Assembly (NCBI GenBank): GCA_045661305.1
Contig: JAZRFJ010000036.1
Span: 2,379-66,378 of the forward strand
Reading direction: 5' to 3'
DNA from: Clostridia bacterium
Lineage (GTDB): Bacteria > Bacillota > Clostridia > UMGS1840
DNA: 64,000 nucleotides
A program made the position numbers and the translations under genes. This document shows positions 19,445 to 29,744 of this stretch, one piece after another (position 1 is the first letter of the stretch; each line of letters starts with the position of its first letter). A model generated the notes under the pieces. It was given only the letters and a program-made list of their open reading frames with translations, was not told the origin of the DNA and searched no databases.

Positions 19445-20424
19445 TATGCATTTCCCCTTTCCATAACAATACTTGGCTCAGCATCTTCTTTTGTATAAGA
19501 TGTGAGTGGTCCTTTTGCCTCAGCATCTTCTCCTGCCTGATATTCACCGTAAAGCTCATTTGCATCTTTGATGAATTTTCTGTTAAGAAGATGAAGCGGT
19601 ATATTCTGCGGACATACTCTTGAACATTCTCCGCAGTCTGTACAACGACCTGCAACATGGAATGCTCTTATAATGTGGAACATGTTTTCTTCAAATGTAT
19701 CAGCATTAGCCTTAGAATTTACGCCAACCTGTTCGTTGTCAAAAATACATTTTGTGCATGAACAAGCAGGACAAACATTTCTGCATGCGTTACAACGGAT
19801 ACATTTTGAAAGCTGTTCTCTCCAGAATTCATATCTTTCGTCTGCAGTCATATTTTCAAGCTTTTCAACTTCTGAAAATTTATCGTTTTCAGTGTTCAAT
19901 TCGCCTTCATCACCAACCAATTCGTCATAAACAAAATGCTTTTTACCCTTACAGGAGATACATTTTTCAAGTAACACTTCACTTTTTTTGCATTTTTTCT
20001 CACCATAAATTGTTTCAACGGTTACATCATCACCGTCAACTTTAACATCTGTGATACCTTTAATGCCGAGTGCTCTTATTTTTTCAATATCAATCATGCC
20101 ATCGCAAGGAATGCCTACAACATGGATATTTTCTCTTATAATTCTGTGTTCCTTTAAAAGCTCATTAAAGCTATAAGTGTCGCAAGGCTTTAAAAGAACA
20201 GCAACTTTTCCCTCATTTTTGGAGTCTAAGATAAGATATTTGCTCAAATTTGCTGCACAAAAATCGTCATAGCAAAAATCTGCTGCATTTTCCTTTGTGA
20301 AAACATATGGAGTTTTATCATAAAAGAATTCGCCGTTTTTCCAGCCGATAACTCTTGCTACCGCTTCACTTTCGAGCAAAGAATTTACTTTTTCAATAAT
20401 TAATTCTTTTTGCATCATTTGCAC
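19444..20424 (-). CDS. 4Fe-4S cluster protein (FlxC-like, FrhB-like N-terminus)
   Basis: CIRCNACRNVCPACSC and CTDCGECSRVCP motifs. Translationally coupled to both neighbouring genes. Confidence 0.55.
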   Translation of the reverse strand: MQMMQKELIIEKVNSLLESEAVARVIGWKNGEFFYDKTPYVFTKENAADFCYDDFCAANLSKYLILDSKNEGKVAVLLKPCDTYSFNELLKEHRIIRENIHVVGIPCDGMIDIEKIRALGIKGITDVKVDGDDVTVETIYGEKKCKKSEVLLEKCISCKGKKHFVYDELVGDEGELNTENDKFSEVEKLENMTADERYEFWREQLSKCIRCNACRNVCPACSCTKCIFDNEQVGVNSKANADTFEENMFHIIRAFHVAGRCTDCGECSRVCPQNIPLHLLNRKFIKDANELYGEYQAGEDAEAKGPLTSYTKEDAEPSIVMERGNA

Positions 20425-20852
20425 CTCAAATCCTCCAATCTCTTGTTTTCTCCGAGCTCACAGATTGTTTCTGCAAATTCGTTCATAGTGTTTGAAAATT
20501 TAACACCCTCAGCAGCACTAATCCATTCAACTCTTGTTCTTTCTCTTTCAATACCAAGATAATCAAGCATACTAAAGAGTAATGTCATTCTTCTTCTTGC
20601 AAAATAGTTTCCTGAAGTATAGTGGCAATCCCCAGGATGACAGCCGGCAATGATAACACCGTCAGCACCTCTCTGGAACGCTCTTAAAATAAAAAGCGGA
20701 TTAACACGGCATGAGCATGGTACTCTTATTACCTTTACATTTGCAGGATATGCAAGTCTGCTTGTTCCTGCCAAGTCAGCACCGGCATAACTACACCAGT
20801 TACAGCAGAAAGCAACTATTAATGGTTTATGTTCTTTATTATTTATCGACAT
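20415..20852 (-). CDS. mvhD: MvhD/FlxD-type hydrogenase iron-sulfur subunit D
   Basis: 145 aa with FCCNWCSYAGADLAG...RVPCSCRV...GCHPGDCHY, typical of MvhD (FlpD family). Confidence 0.85.
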   Translation of the reverse strand: MSINNKEHKPLIVAFCCNWCSYAGADLAGTSRLAYPANVKVIRVPCSCRVNPLFILRAFQRGADGVIIAGCHPGDCHYTSGNYFARRRMTLLFSMLDYLGIERERTRVEWISAAEGVKFSNTMNEFAETICELGENKRLEDLRCK

Positions 20853-22828
20853 ATTGCATCTACCTCCGCTATAATCTGTTTTGTTGAGAAGCCTTTAAGG
20901 TCCATAGCACTTGATGGACAAGTAACTGTACAAGCACCGCAACCCTGACATACAGCTTCATTTACAACTGCAACTCTTCTTGTTTCAACACCGCCAGGAA
21001 TTCTATATTCTTTATAAGCATATTCAATAGCACCGTAAGGACAAACCTTAGCACAATTTGAACATCCGTTACAAAGCATTTCGTCACTGTGTGCAACACA
21101 TGGGTTACATGAAAGCTTATCTTTCGCAAGAAGTCCGATAACCTTAGCTGCAGCGGCACTTGCCTGTGCAACTGTTTCAGGAATATCTTTCGGTCCCTGG
21201 CATACACCTGACAAGAACACACCTGCTGTTGGGCTTTCAACCGGTTTTAATTTCGGATGTGCTTCTGTCAAGAAGTTATTTGTATCAATACTTGCTGTAA
21301 GGAGTGTCGCAATATCTTTTGCTGATGGGTCCGGCTCAATAGCAGCAGCCAAAACAACGAGGTCAGCTTCAATATTAATCTGTTCATTTGAAATAAGGTC
21401 TGAACCCTGTACTAAAAGCTTATCGCCTTTTTGAGCAACCTTACCAACCATACCTTTGATATAGTCTACGCCATACTGTTCAACAGCTCTTCTGTAAAAC
21501 TCGTCAAAGTTTTTACCTGGTGTACGAACATCAATATAAAATACATGAACTTCGGTATCAGGATATTTTTCTCTGATAAGCATAGCATGTTTAGCTGTGT
21601 ACATACAGCAGATTTTTGAACAATAAGGCTTACCGCAGCCTGAAGTATCACGGGAGCCTACACACTGAACAAATACGATAGTGTGCGGATGCTTTCCGTC
21701 ACTTGGACGAAGAAGTGTTCCCTTTGTAGGGCCTGCAGCATTCATAAGTCTTTCAAGCTCTAAAGATGTTACAACATCAGGACACATTGAATATGAAAAT
21801 TCATCAAAATTCTCAAGTGAGATAGGATTATATCCTGTTGCAACAACGATAGCACCGTACTGTCTTTCTAAAATTTCATCTTTCTGTTCAAAATCAATAG
21901 CACCTACTCCGCAGTTCATCTGACAAAGTCCGCATTTTCCTGTTTTAAATTTGATACAAGCCTTTGTATCAATTACAGGAACATTAGGAATAGCCTGAGC
22001 AAACGGAATATAAATAGCGCCTCTTGTATTAAGACCTAAGTTAAATTCGTTTTTATTTTTCTTTGAAGGACATTTTTCAGTACAGATACCACAGCCTGTA
22101 CAAATATCCTCTTTAACATATCTTGCTTTTCTTCTTATATTTACATTGAAGTTACCAACGAAGCCTTTAACAGCGTCAACTTCACTCCAAGTATAAATAT
22201 TGATATTTTCGTGCTGAGCAGCTTCAACCATTTTAGGTGTTAAGATACAAGCAGCACAGTCGAGTGTCGGGAAGGTTTTATCAAGCTGAGCCATCTTTCC
22301 GCCGATTGTCGGAGATTTTTCAACAATATCAACCTCAAAGCCTGCATCAGCTATATCAAGAGCTGACTGAATACCTGCAATACCGCCGCCAATAACTAAA
22401 GCTCTTTTTATAACAGGACTTTCGCCTTCCTGAAGCGGAGCATTAAGCTTTACTTTCGCAATCGCTGTTCTTGCGAGTATAACTGCTTTTTCAGTTCCCT
22501 CTTCCACATCTTTATGAATCCATGAGCATTGTTCACGGATGTTTGCGATTTCAACCATATAAGGATTAAGTCCTGCAGCTTTAGCAGCTTTTCTGAAAGT
22601 AGCTTCATGCATTCTTGGAGAACAGGAGCATATTACAACTCCTGTAAGACCGTATTCCTCAATAGCTGTTCTTACTTTTACCTGACCGGCTTCTGAACAC
22701 ATATACTGATAATCCTCAGCATATACTACACCGGGTTCTTTTTTTATTGCTTCAACAACAGCCTTAACATCAACAGTAGCGGCAATGTTGGTTCCGCAAT
22801 GACATACAAATACACCAATTTTATGCAA
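20843..22828 (-). CDS. hdrA: Heterodisulfide reductase subunit A-like flavoprotein
   Basis: 661 aa with N-terminal GVFVCHCGTNI, FAD fold VIGGGIAGIQSA and multiple 4Fe-4S motifs. Confidence 0.9.
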   Translation of the reverse strand: MHKIGVFVCHCGTNIAATVDVKAVVEAIKKEPGVVYAEDYQYMCSEAGQVKVRTAIEEYGLTGVVICSCSPRMHEATFRKAAKAAGLNPYMVEIANIREQCSWIHKDVEEGTEKAVILARTAIAKVKLNAPLQEGESPVIKRALVIGGGIAGIQSALDIADAGFEVDIVEKSPTIGGKMAQLDKTFPTLDCAACILTPKMVEAAQHENINIYTWSEVDAVKGFVGNFNVNIRRKARYVKEDICTGCGICTEKCPSKKNKNEFNLGLNTRGAIYIPFAQAIPNVPVIDTKACIKFKTGKCGLCQMNCGVGAIDFEQKDEILERQYGAIVVATGYNPISLENFDEFSYSMCPDVVTSLELERLMNAAGPTKGTLLRPSDGKHPHTIVFVQCVGSRDTSGCGKPYCSKICCMYTAKHAMLIREKYPDTEVHVFYIDVRTPGKNFDEFYRRAVEQYGVDYIKGMVGKVAQKGDKLLVQGSDLISNEQINIEADLVVLAAAIEPDPSAKDIATLLTASIDTNNFLTEAHPKLKPVESPTAGVFLSGVCQGPKDIPETVAQASAAAAKVIGLLAKDKLSCNPCVAHSDEMLCNGCSNCAKVCPYGAIEYAYKEYRIPGGVETRRVAVVNEAVCQGCGACTVTCPSSAMDLKGFSTKQIIAEVDAICR

Positions 22829-22842
22829 TTATCTCACTTCCT

Positions 22843-23235
22843 TTACTTAACAAATTTTCTAAATGCACTCACGATAGCCTGCTGAGGTAATTTCTCGTTA
22901 AGCTTTTCGGGTACATCTTCTACTTTCATATGATTAAGTCCCTGCTGTCTTACAACTGCAAGCCTTACAGCCTCAACCAATTTTCCTGGCTGAACATCAC
23001 GAGGGCATCTTTCAACACAAGCCATGCATGAAAGACAATTCCAGATTGCATTTGACTTCATAAGCTTTTCAATCTGTCCCTTTTCCACCATAGAAACGAA
23101 CTGATGCGGATGATATTCCATTTCATCGTATGCAGGGCAAGCACCTGAGCATTTGCCGCATTTCATACATTTTTTAGGTTCAACTCCGCTTATTCTCTTT
23201 AAGTTTTCTTTTGTTTCAATTTTAAATTCCTGCAT
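22843..23235 (-). CDS. hdrC: HdrC-like 4Fe-4S dicluster subunit
   Basis: 130 aa with CMKCGKCSGACP and CLSCMACVERCP. Confidence 0.75.
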   Translation of the reverse strand: MQEFKIETKENLKRISGVEPKKCMKCGKCSGACPAYDEMEYHPHQFVSMVEKGQIEKLMKSNAIWNCLSCMACVERCPRDVQPGKLVEAVRLAVVRQQGLNHMKVEDVPEKLNEKLPQQAIVSAFRKFVK

Positions 23236-23248
23236 TTTTTCTCCTCCC

Positions 23249-24040
23249 TTACTTTACACCAAGGGCTTCTGCAAGAAGCTGGGTGAAATAATAAATAGGA
23301 AGCTTATTATCTGTTGCATTAGCATCAAGATTATACATACAAAGCGGGCAAGCTGTAATTATTGCTTCAGCACCCATTTGGGTTGCTGACTCTAATATAA
23401 CATCAACCTTTTTCTTTGCAAGCTCCTCATTTTCCATAGCAATATATCCGCCGCAACATTCATTACGGTATGGGAATATTACAGGTGTTGCTCCTATTGC
23501 CTTTATAAAATCCTCAATAATTGTAGGATTTTCAGGATTATCAAACTGCATAACCTTTCCCGGTCTTAATAAAAGACAACCGTAATAAGCTGCAATTTTT
23601 CTTCCTGTAAGCGGATTTACAACTTTCTTCTTAAGTTCATCAAATCCAACCTTATCTCTTAGCATTTCAAGATAATGGATAATATTTGTTTCGCCGGTGT
23701 AAGGAACTTCGGGTTTAAGATAATTATTTGCTCTTAAACACATATCCTCATTTGTTGCGATTTCGTTATTTACTCTTTTTAATACATTATGACAGGCTGA
23801 ACAAAGTGTTAGAAGGTCCTGACCTTTTTCTCTTGCACTGATAAGAGCACGAACTGAAGAAAGCTTTGAAGCAATTTCGTCTGATGCTGTTGAATAAACA
23901 CCGCCGCAACACTGCCAGTCAGGAATTTCTTCCATTGTAATTCCTAAGACTTCAGCTGATTTTCTTGCATAATCGTCAAGCTCTTTAGCCTTGGTTTTTA
24001 ATGTACAACCCGGATAATAACTGAAAACCATTTTTTTCAT
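23249..24040 (-). CDS. hdrB: HdrB-like subunit with two CCG domains
   Basis: YYPGC..., WQCCGG and NECCGGY motifs. The true start may be the ATG at 24031 (MVFSYYPGC), which has better RBS spacing. Confidence 0.85.
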   Translation of the reverse strand: MKKMVFSYYPGCTLKTKAKELDDYARKSAEVLGITMEEIPDWQCCGGVYSTASDEIASKLSSVRALISAREKGQDLLTLCSACHNVLKRVNNEIATNEDMCLRANNYLKPEVPYTGETNIIHYLEMLRDKVGFDELKKKVVNPLTGRKIAAYYGCLLLRPGKVMQFDNPENPTIIEDFIKAIGATPVIFPYRNECCGGYIAMENEELAKKKVDVILESATQMGAEAIITACPLCMYNLDANATDNKLPIYYFTQLLAEALGVK

Positions 24041-24104
24041 TCCTTTCTTTGTTGTTTATAATGACGACTGCAAAATGCAGTCCAGATTATTTACATTTAT
24101 ATAA

Positions 24105-25469
<1,365 letters not shown>

Positions 25470-25520
25470 AATTTTTTCCTTTCATATCTTTCATTATATA
25501 TAAGTAAATTTTAAACAACA

Positions 25521-26915
25521 TTATTTATTCATTATATCGTTATCAATTGCTTCTGCTGCAGTTTTTCCTGCTCCCATAGCAAGAATAACTGTTGCCGCAC
25601 CTGTTACAGCGTCTCCGCCTGCATAAACTCTCCTTTTAGAAGTACGGCCGTTTTCATCTGCAATAATACCGCCCCACTTCTCAGTATCAAGACCATCAGT
25701 TGTAGATTTTATAAGTGGATTTGGTGAAGTTCCTATTGACATAATCACGCAATCTGCATCAATTTCAAACTCACTGCCTTTTATTTCAACAGGTCTTCTT
25801 CTTCCCGATTCATCAGGCTCAGTAAGCTCCATCTTTATACATCTTACGCCTTTTACCCAGCCGTTTTCATCACCTAATATCTCGACAGGATTATTAAGAA
25901 GCATAAATTTTATATCTTCTTCTTTTGCATGCTCAATTTCTTCTTTTCTTGCAGGAAGCTCTTCTTCGCCTCTTCTGTATACAATATATACATTATCAGC
26001 ACCAAGTCTTTTTGCACTTCTTGCAGCATCCATAGCAACATTACCGCCGCCTACAATAACAGCATTTTTTGCTTTTATAACAGGAGTCAAGCTGTCGTCA
26101 CGATATGCTTTCATTAAATTTATTCTTGTTAAAAATTCGTTAGCACTGTAAACAGCTTTCAAGTTTTCGCCCGGAATACTCATAAATTTAGGAAGTCCTG
26201 CACCTGAGCCGATGAATACTGCTTCAAATCCTTCTTCAAAAAGCTCATCAACAGAAAGTGTTTTTCCTATTACCATATTCGTTTCGATTTTTACACCAAG
26301 CTGTTTTAGGGAATTAATTTCCTTTTCAACAATCTTCTTCGGTAATCTGAATTCAGGTATTCCATAAACCAAAACTCCGCCTGCAGTGTGAAACGCTTCA
26401 AATATTGTTACCTCATAGCCTTTTTTAGCAAGGTCTCCTGCACAGGCAAGTCCGGCAGGTCCTGAGCCTACAACAGCCACCTTATGACCGTTTGACTGAG
26501 GTTTTGTTTGTTCTGCTTTAACATTTTCGTTATGATAGTCTGCTACAAATCTTTCAAGTCTTCCTATTGCAACAGGCTCACCTTTTTTCCCTCTTACACA
26601 AAGCATTTCACATTGTGATTCCTGGGGACAAACTCTTCCGCAAACTGCAGGAAGTGAGCTTGACTTCGCAATAACCTGATACGCTTCTTCAAATTCGCCT
26701 TTTTTTACAAACTCTAAAAATTCAGGTATATCTATTCTTACAGGACACCCTGCAACGCATGACCTGTTCTTACAGCCAAGACATCTGTCTGCCTCGCTCA
26801 TAGCTTGCTCGGGAGTATAACCAAGTGCAACCTCAGAAAAGTTACTGTTTCTTACATGAGGGTCCTGCAGCGGCATTTCATTTTTTAAAAGTGACATATT
26901 AGCCATTAAACTCAT
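25521..26915 (-). CDS. nfnB: NfnB / GltD-like NADPH-dependent FAD-FeS oxidoreductase large subunit
   Basis: 464 aa with N-terminal Cys clusters (CLGCKNRSCVAGCP), VAVVGSGPAGLACA and VGGGNVAMD. The start is possibly at 26906. Confidence 0.8.
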   Translation of the reverse strand: MSLMANMSLLKNEMPLQDPHVRNSNFSEVALGYTPEQAMSEADRCLGCKNRSCVAGCPVRIDIPEFLEFVKKGEFEEAYQVIAKSSSLPAVCGRVCPQESQCEMLCVRGKKGEPVAIGRLERFVADYHNENVKAEQTKPQSNGHKVAVVGSGPAGLACAGDLAKKGYEVTIFEAFHTAGGVLVYGIPEFRLPKKIVEKEINSLKQLGVKIETNMVIGKTLSVDELFEEGFEAVFIGSGAGLPKFMSIPGENLKAVYSANEFLTRINLMKAYRDDSLTPVIKAKNAVIVGGGNVAMDAARSAKRLGADNVYIVYRRGEEELPARKEEIEHAKEEDIKFMLLNNPVEILGDENGWVKGVRCIKMELTEPDESGRRRPVEIKGSEFEIDADCVIMSIGTSPNPLIKSTTDGLDTEKWGGIIADENGRTSKRRVYAGGDAVTGAATVILAMGAGKTAAEAIDNDIMNK

Positions 26916-27750
26916 CCCCCATTTTTAATAAATTACACACTTCCTCGTTACGCTGTTTTTCAAATGAGGAATATGTTGAGCTTCTTCTGATAGCCTCGTC
27001 AAAATCAACCTCATGTCCGTCAAAATCAGGACCGTCAACACAAGCAAATTTGATTTTTCCGCCAACTGTAAGACGACAACCTCCGCACATTCCTGTTCCG
27101 TCTATCATAATCGGATTCATGCTTACAGTTGTTTTTATATTATATTCTTTGGTAAGCTTACAAACAAACTTCATCATAACAAGAGGCCCTATAACGATAA
27201 CTTCATCGTATTTGTTACCATCTTCAATAAGCTTTTTAAGTGCATCTGTAACAAGACCTTTTTCGCCTTTACTTCCGTCATCTGTCATAACAATAAGCTT
27301 ATCACTAACTTCTAAAAATTCATCTTCAAGTATAATTAAATCTTTATTTCTGAAACCTACAATACTGTGCACTTCTGCACCAAGTTTACAGAGTTTTTTA
27401 GCAATAGGAAAGGCTATTGCACAGCCTACACCACCACCAACTACTGCAACCTTTTTAAGCCCGTCAACATCTGAAGGTACCCCGAGTGGTCCGACAAAAT
27501 CGCGGATATACTCTCCTTCATTTTTACAACTCATAACCCTTGTTGTTGCACCAACAATCTGGAAAATAATGGTTACTGTCCCTTTTTTGCGGTCAAAATC
27601 TGCAATAGTAAGAGGAATTCTTTCTCCATTATCATCAACTCTTAAAATAATAAACTGACCCGGTTCAGCTTTTTTTGCAACATAAGGAGCTTCAATTTCC
27701 ATAAGCATAACCGTTGGATTAAGTTCTTCTTTTCTTACAATTTTGTACAT
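26899..27750 (-). CDS. nfnA: NfnA / sulfide-dehydrogenase-alpha-like FAD/NAD and 2Fe-2S subunit
   Basis: 283 aa, PyrK-like fold, C-terminal CGGCRL...C. Overlaps nfnB. Confidence 0.8.
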   Translation of the reverse strand: MYKIVRKEELNPTVMLMEIEAPYVAKKAEPGQFIILRVDDNGERIPLTIADFDRKKGTVTIIFQIVGATTRVMSCKNEGEYIRDFVGPLGVPSDVDGLKKVAVVGGGVGCAIAFPIAKKLCKLGAEVHSIVGFRNKDLIILEDEFLEVSDKLIVMTDDGSKGEKGLVTDALKKLIEDGNKYDEVIVIGPLVMMKFVCKLTKEYNIKTTVSMNPIMIDGTGMCGGCRLTVGGKIKFACVDGPDFDGHEVDFDEAIRRSSTYSSFEKQRNEEVCNLLKMGDEFNG

Positions 27751-27776
27751 TGGTTAAATTCCTTTCAAATCAAAGC

Positions 27777-27794
27777 TTGTTAAATATTTAACAT
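27777..27794 (-). promoter_or_regulatory. Rex-type operator in the nfnA leader
   Basis: TTGTTAA-ATAT-TTAACAt matches 17/18 positions of the clostridial Rex consensus TTGTTAAnnnnTTAACAA. Lies 27 nt upstream of the nfnA ATG. Confidence 0.55.
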
Positions 27795-27838
27795 TCTTGT
27801 GTATTAAAATACACATACTTCTTCTTTATAACATTAAC

Positions 27839-27867
27839 ATTATACAACTTTATGTATCAAAAGTCAA
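27839..27867 (-). promoter_or_regulatory. Sigma-70-type promoter of the nfnA-led operon (TTGACT-17-TATAAT)
   Basis: On the minus strand, -35 TTGACT (27867-27862), a 17-nt spacer and -10 TATAAT (27844-27839). Confidence 0.6.
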
Positions 27868-27985
27868 GTAAATAATACAATTAGTTTGATTTTTTTCCTG
27901 ATTTTTTTGCATTTTTTTTGCAAAAAATATAATATTCTTTAAATACATAAAAATATGACTTTTTACAGTTTTATTTTTTTACACA

Positions 27986-28038
27986 AATAAAAAAACAAGC
28001 TCCCTAAAACGATTGTTTCAAGGGGCTTGTTTTTTTTA
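27986..28038. terminator. Bidirectional terminator hairpin
   Basis: ACAAGC(T)CCCT/AGGGGCTTGT stem flanked by an A-run and a T-run, downstream of the 85-aa gene. Confidence 0.6.
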
Positions 28039-28062
28039 TACTTATCCGAACTTTTTTAAAAG

Positions 28063-28320
28063 CTAAATTGCCTTTTGTGTTTGCTTATATTCTCTTGCTT
28101 CTTTTAATTTAAGCTCATACTTTTTTCTTGCAAGATTTAAGTTCATTATTGCAACATCAATATAATCATCTTCTGTTGTTTCGTTAAATGACCTCATCGC
28201 ACACTCAAGTTCTTTTTTCAAAACACCTATATCTGCAAGCATTTCTTCCTCAGAACAGTCCTTTTTAAAGTTTTTTTTCAATCTTTCAAGCTTTGTTATA
28301 ATTTTTTCCATATTGACCAC
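28063..28320 (-). CDS. Small coiled-coil protein, YaaL/DUF2508-like
   Basis: 85 aa. The pattern DDYIDVAIMNLNLARKKYELKLKEAR resembles the YaaL family, recalled from memory only. Confidence 0.4.
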   Translation of the reverse strand: MVNMEKIITKLERLKKNFKKDCSEEEMLADIGVLKKELECAMRSFNETTEDDYIDVAIMNLNLARKKYELKLKEAREYKQTQKAI

Positions 28321-28380
28321 TCTTTTCTTTCAAAAATCCTTTTTATATATTATATTATTTATTCTGGAAAAATATACATA

Positions 28381-28548
28381 GTCGAAATCAATAATACTGA
28401 AAACGATTTTAAACGAGCATAATTTTGAGCAGATTTTGGTGCGGAAGATGCGATAAGGCTTTGTGCCTTATAAAGAAGACAAGCCGAAATGTGCCAAAAT
28501 TATGCTGTTTAAGACGTATGCAAGTGTTGTTGGTTTCGGCTGTTACTT
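28381..28548. repeat. Copy B of a structured repeat element (inverted relative to copy A)
   Basis: The 67-nt core 28422-28488 is about 73 percent identical to the reverse complement of 30240-30305. It is enclosed by a 16-bp stem (28410-28426 / 28496-28511). The outer boundaries are approximate. Confidence 0.5.
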
Positions 28549-29157
28549 CGTTTCTATGATTTTTAAATTCTGTGGAAAAATACCGCCTACATCTTTGAGG
28601 ACATCTCTGATTTTAGCTAAATCTCCCTCGTTAAGACCGTCAGTTTTAACACTTACAGTTGCACCTGGTGTATTAAGATATACACTTACATTTTCATAGC
28701 CTTTATCTTTAAGAACTTCCTTTACAACAGCTTCTTTTTCAATATCATTTGCTATTCTTATAATTTCTCCCTGTGCCTCAGCTTTTTTATCTGCCGTAGA
28801 ATTTTCATCTTCTGAAACTTCTTTAAGTAAGCTTACTGCCTCACTTCTTGATTTTTCTATTGCGTTGTCTTCTTCTGATATTTCCTCTTCATAAACTATC
28901 GTTTCTTCAGCTGTGCCTTCATCGGAATTTACATATTTCGCCTCACCATAAACTATATTTTCATCATATTCTTCACTTGGCTTTGGTAAATCAAGATTTA
29001 CATGCTGAACTCTGTTTGAGCTTATGTAACTTGTAACCCCTGCTGTTGCAAGAAGTGCAGTACATATAACGGCAGCAATTTTCTTTTTTGAAAGTATCAT
29101 AAGCTTTTTTTTGATATTTTCACCTTTTAATTTTCTTTCTTTTCTTTCCTTTTGCAT
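28543..29157 (-). CDS. spoIIIAH: Stage III sporulation protein AH
   Basis: Last gene of the spoIIIA operon by order. N-terminal TM helix followed by an acidic linker and a C-terminal domain. Confidence 0.7.
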   Translation of the reverse strand: MQKERKERKLKGENIKKKLMILSKKKIAAVICTALLATAGVTSYISSNRVQHVNLDLPKPSEEYDENIVYGEAKYVNSDEGTAEETIVYEEEISEEDNAIEKSRSEAVSLLKEVSEDENSTADKKAEAQGEIIRIANDIEKEAVVKEVLKDKGYENVSVYLNTPGATVSVKTDGLNEGDLAKIRDVLKDVGGIFPQNLKIIETK

Positions 29158-29177
29158 TTTTTATTTTCCTTTCCTTG

Positions 29178-29744
29178 TCATTTTGTAAGAACTATTTCAA
29201 TTTTATGGCTTTCTGTCCCGAGTGCCCCCTTTGCTGCACGAAACAGTCTGTCACGAGTAGTTTTATTATCATCTCCTTTATAAAATATACATACTCCTGA
29301 AATTGTAGGAGAATGTCGTTTTTTTACAACAGTATTTTTATCATTATTATATACGGGGTTTTTCTCTGTTTCAAATTCGCTGACAGAGCTTATGTTTTCA
29401 TTTTTTTTCATAACGGTTTTTTCATCGTTTAAAACCTCTATATAACCGTTATCTGAATATGTTATTATTACCTGGGCTTTCTCAACACCTACTATATCGG
29501 AAAAAATGTCACTTAATCTTCTTTCTTCATTTTCTCTGTAAGAAATTATGTCAAGCTCATATGTTGTATTTTCTTTTCCCAAACCTTTTTTATAATTTTG
29601 GGTAGGAAAAACCAAAATAATAAGTCCGACTATTAAAAGAAAAAATACGGGCAAAAATTTTTTCTTTGAATTTTCTTTTTCTTCTGCTTTTTCGCCATTT
29701 TTATTATTCCTAAAAAAATCAATCAGTTGTTTTAGCAATTTCAT
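29178..29744 (-). CDS. spoIIIAG: Stage III sporulation protein AG
   Basis: Operon position, a single N-terminal TM helix and a C-terminal beta-rich domain. Confidence 0.75.
   Translation of the reverse strand: MKLLKQLIDFFRNNKNGEKAEEKENSKKKFLPVFFLLIVGLIILVFPTQNYKKGLGKENTTYELDIISYRENEERRLSDIFSDIVGVEKAQVIITYSDNGYIEVLNDEKTVMKKNENISSVSEFETEKNPVYNNDKNTVVKKRHSPTISGVCIFYKGDDNKTTRDRLFRAAKGALGTESHKIEIVLTK

Noticed and set aside
24066-24082. Small hairpin GACTGCA-AAA-TGCAGTC between fumC and hdrB as a terminator
   Set aside because: A 7-bp stem with no U-tract on the minus strand. It is more likely a minor structure within a read-through transcript.
27050-27658. 202-aa plus-strand ORF antisense to nfnA
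   Set aside because: Pro/Ser/Thr-rich shadow frame of a conserved gene. No start context.
28463-28699. 78-aa plus-strand ORF spanning repeat copy B and the end of spoIIIAH
   Set aside because: Antisense to spoIIIAH, with no RBS. The region is better explained as a structured repeat.
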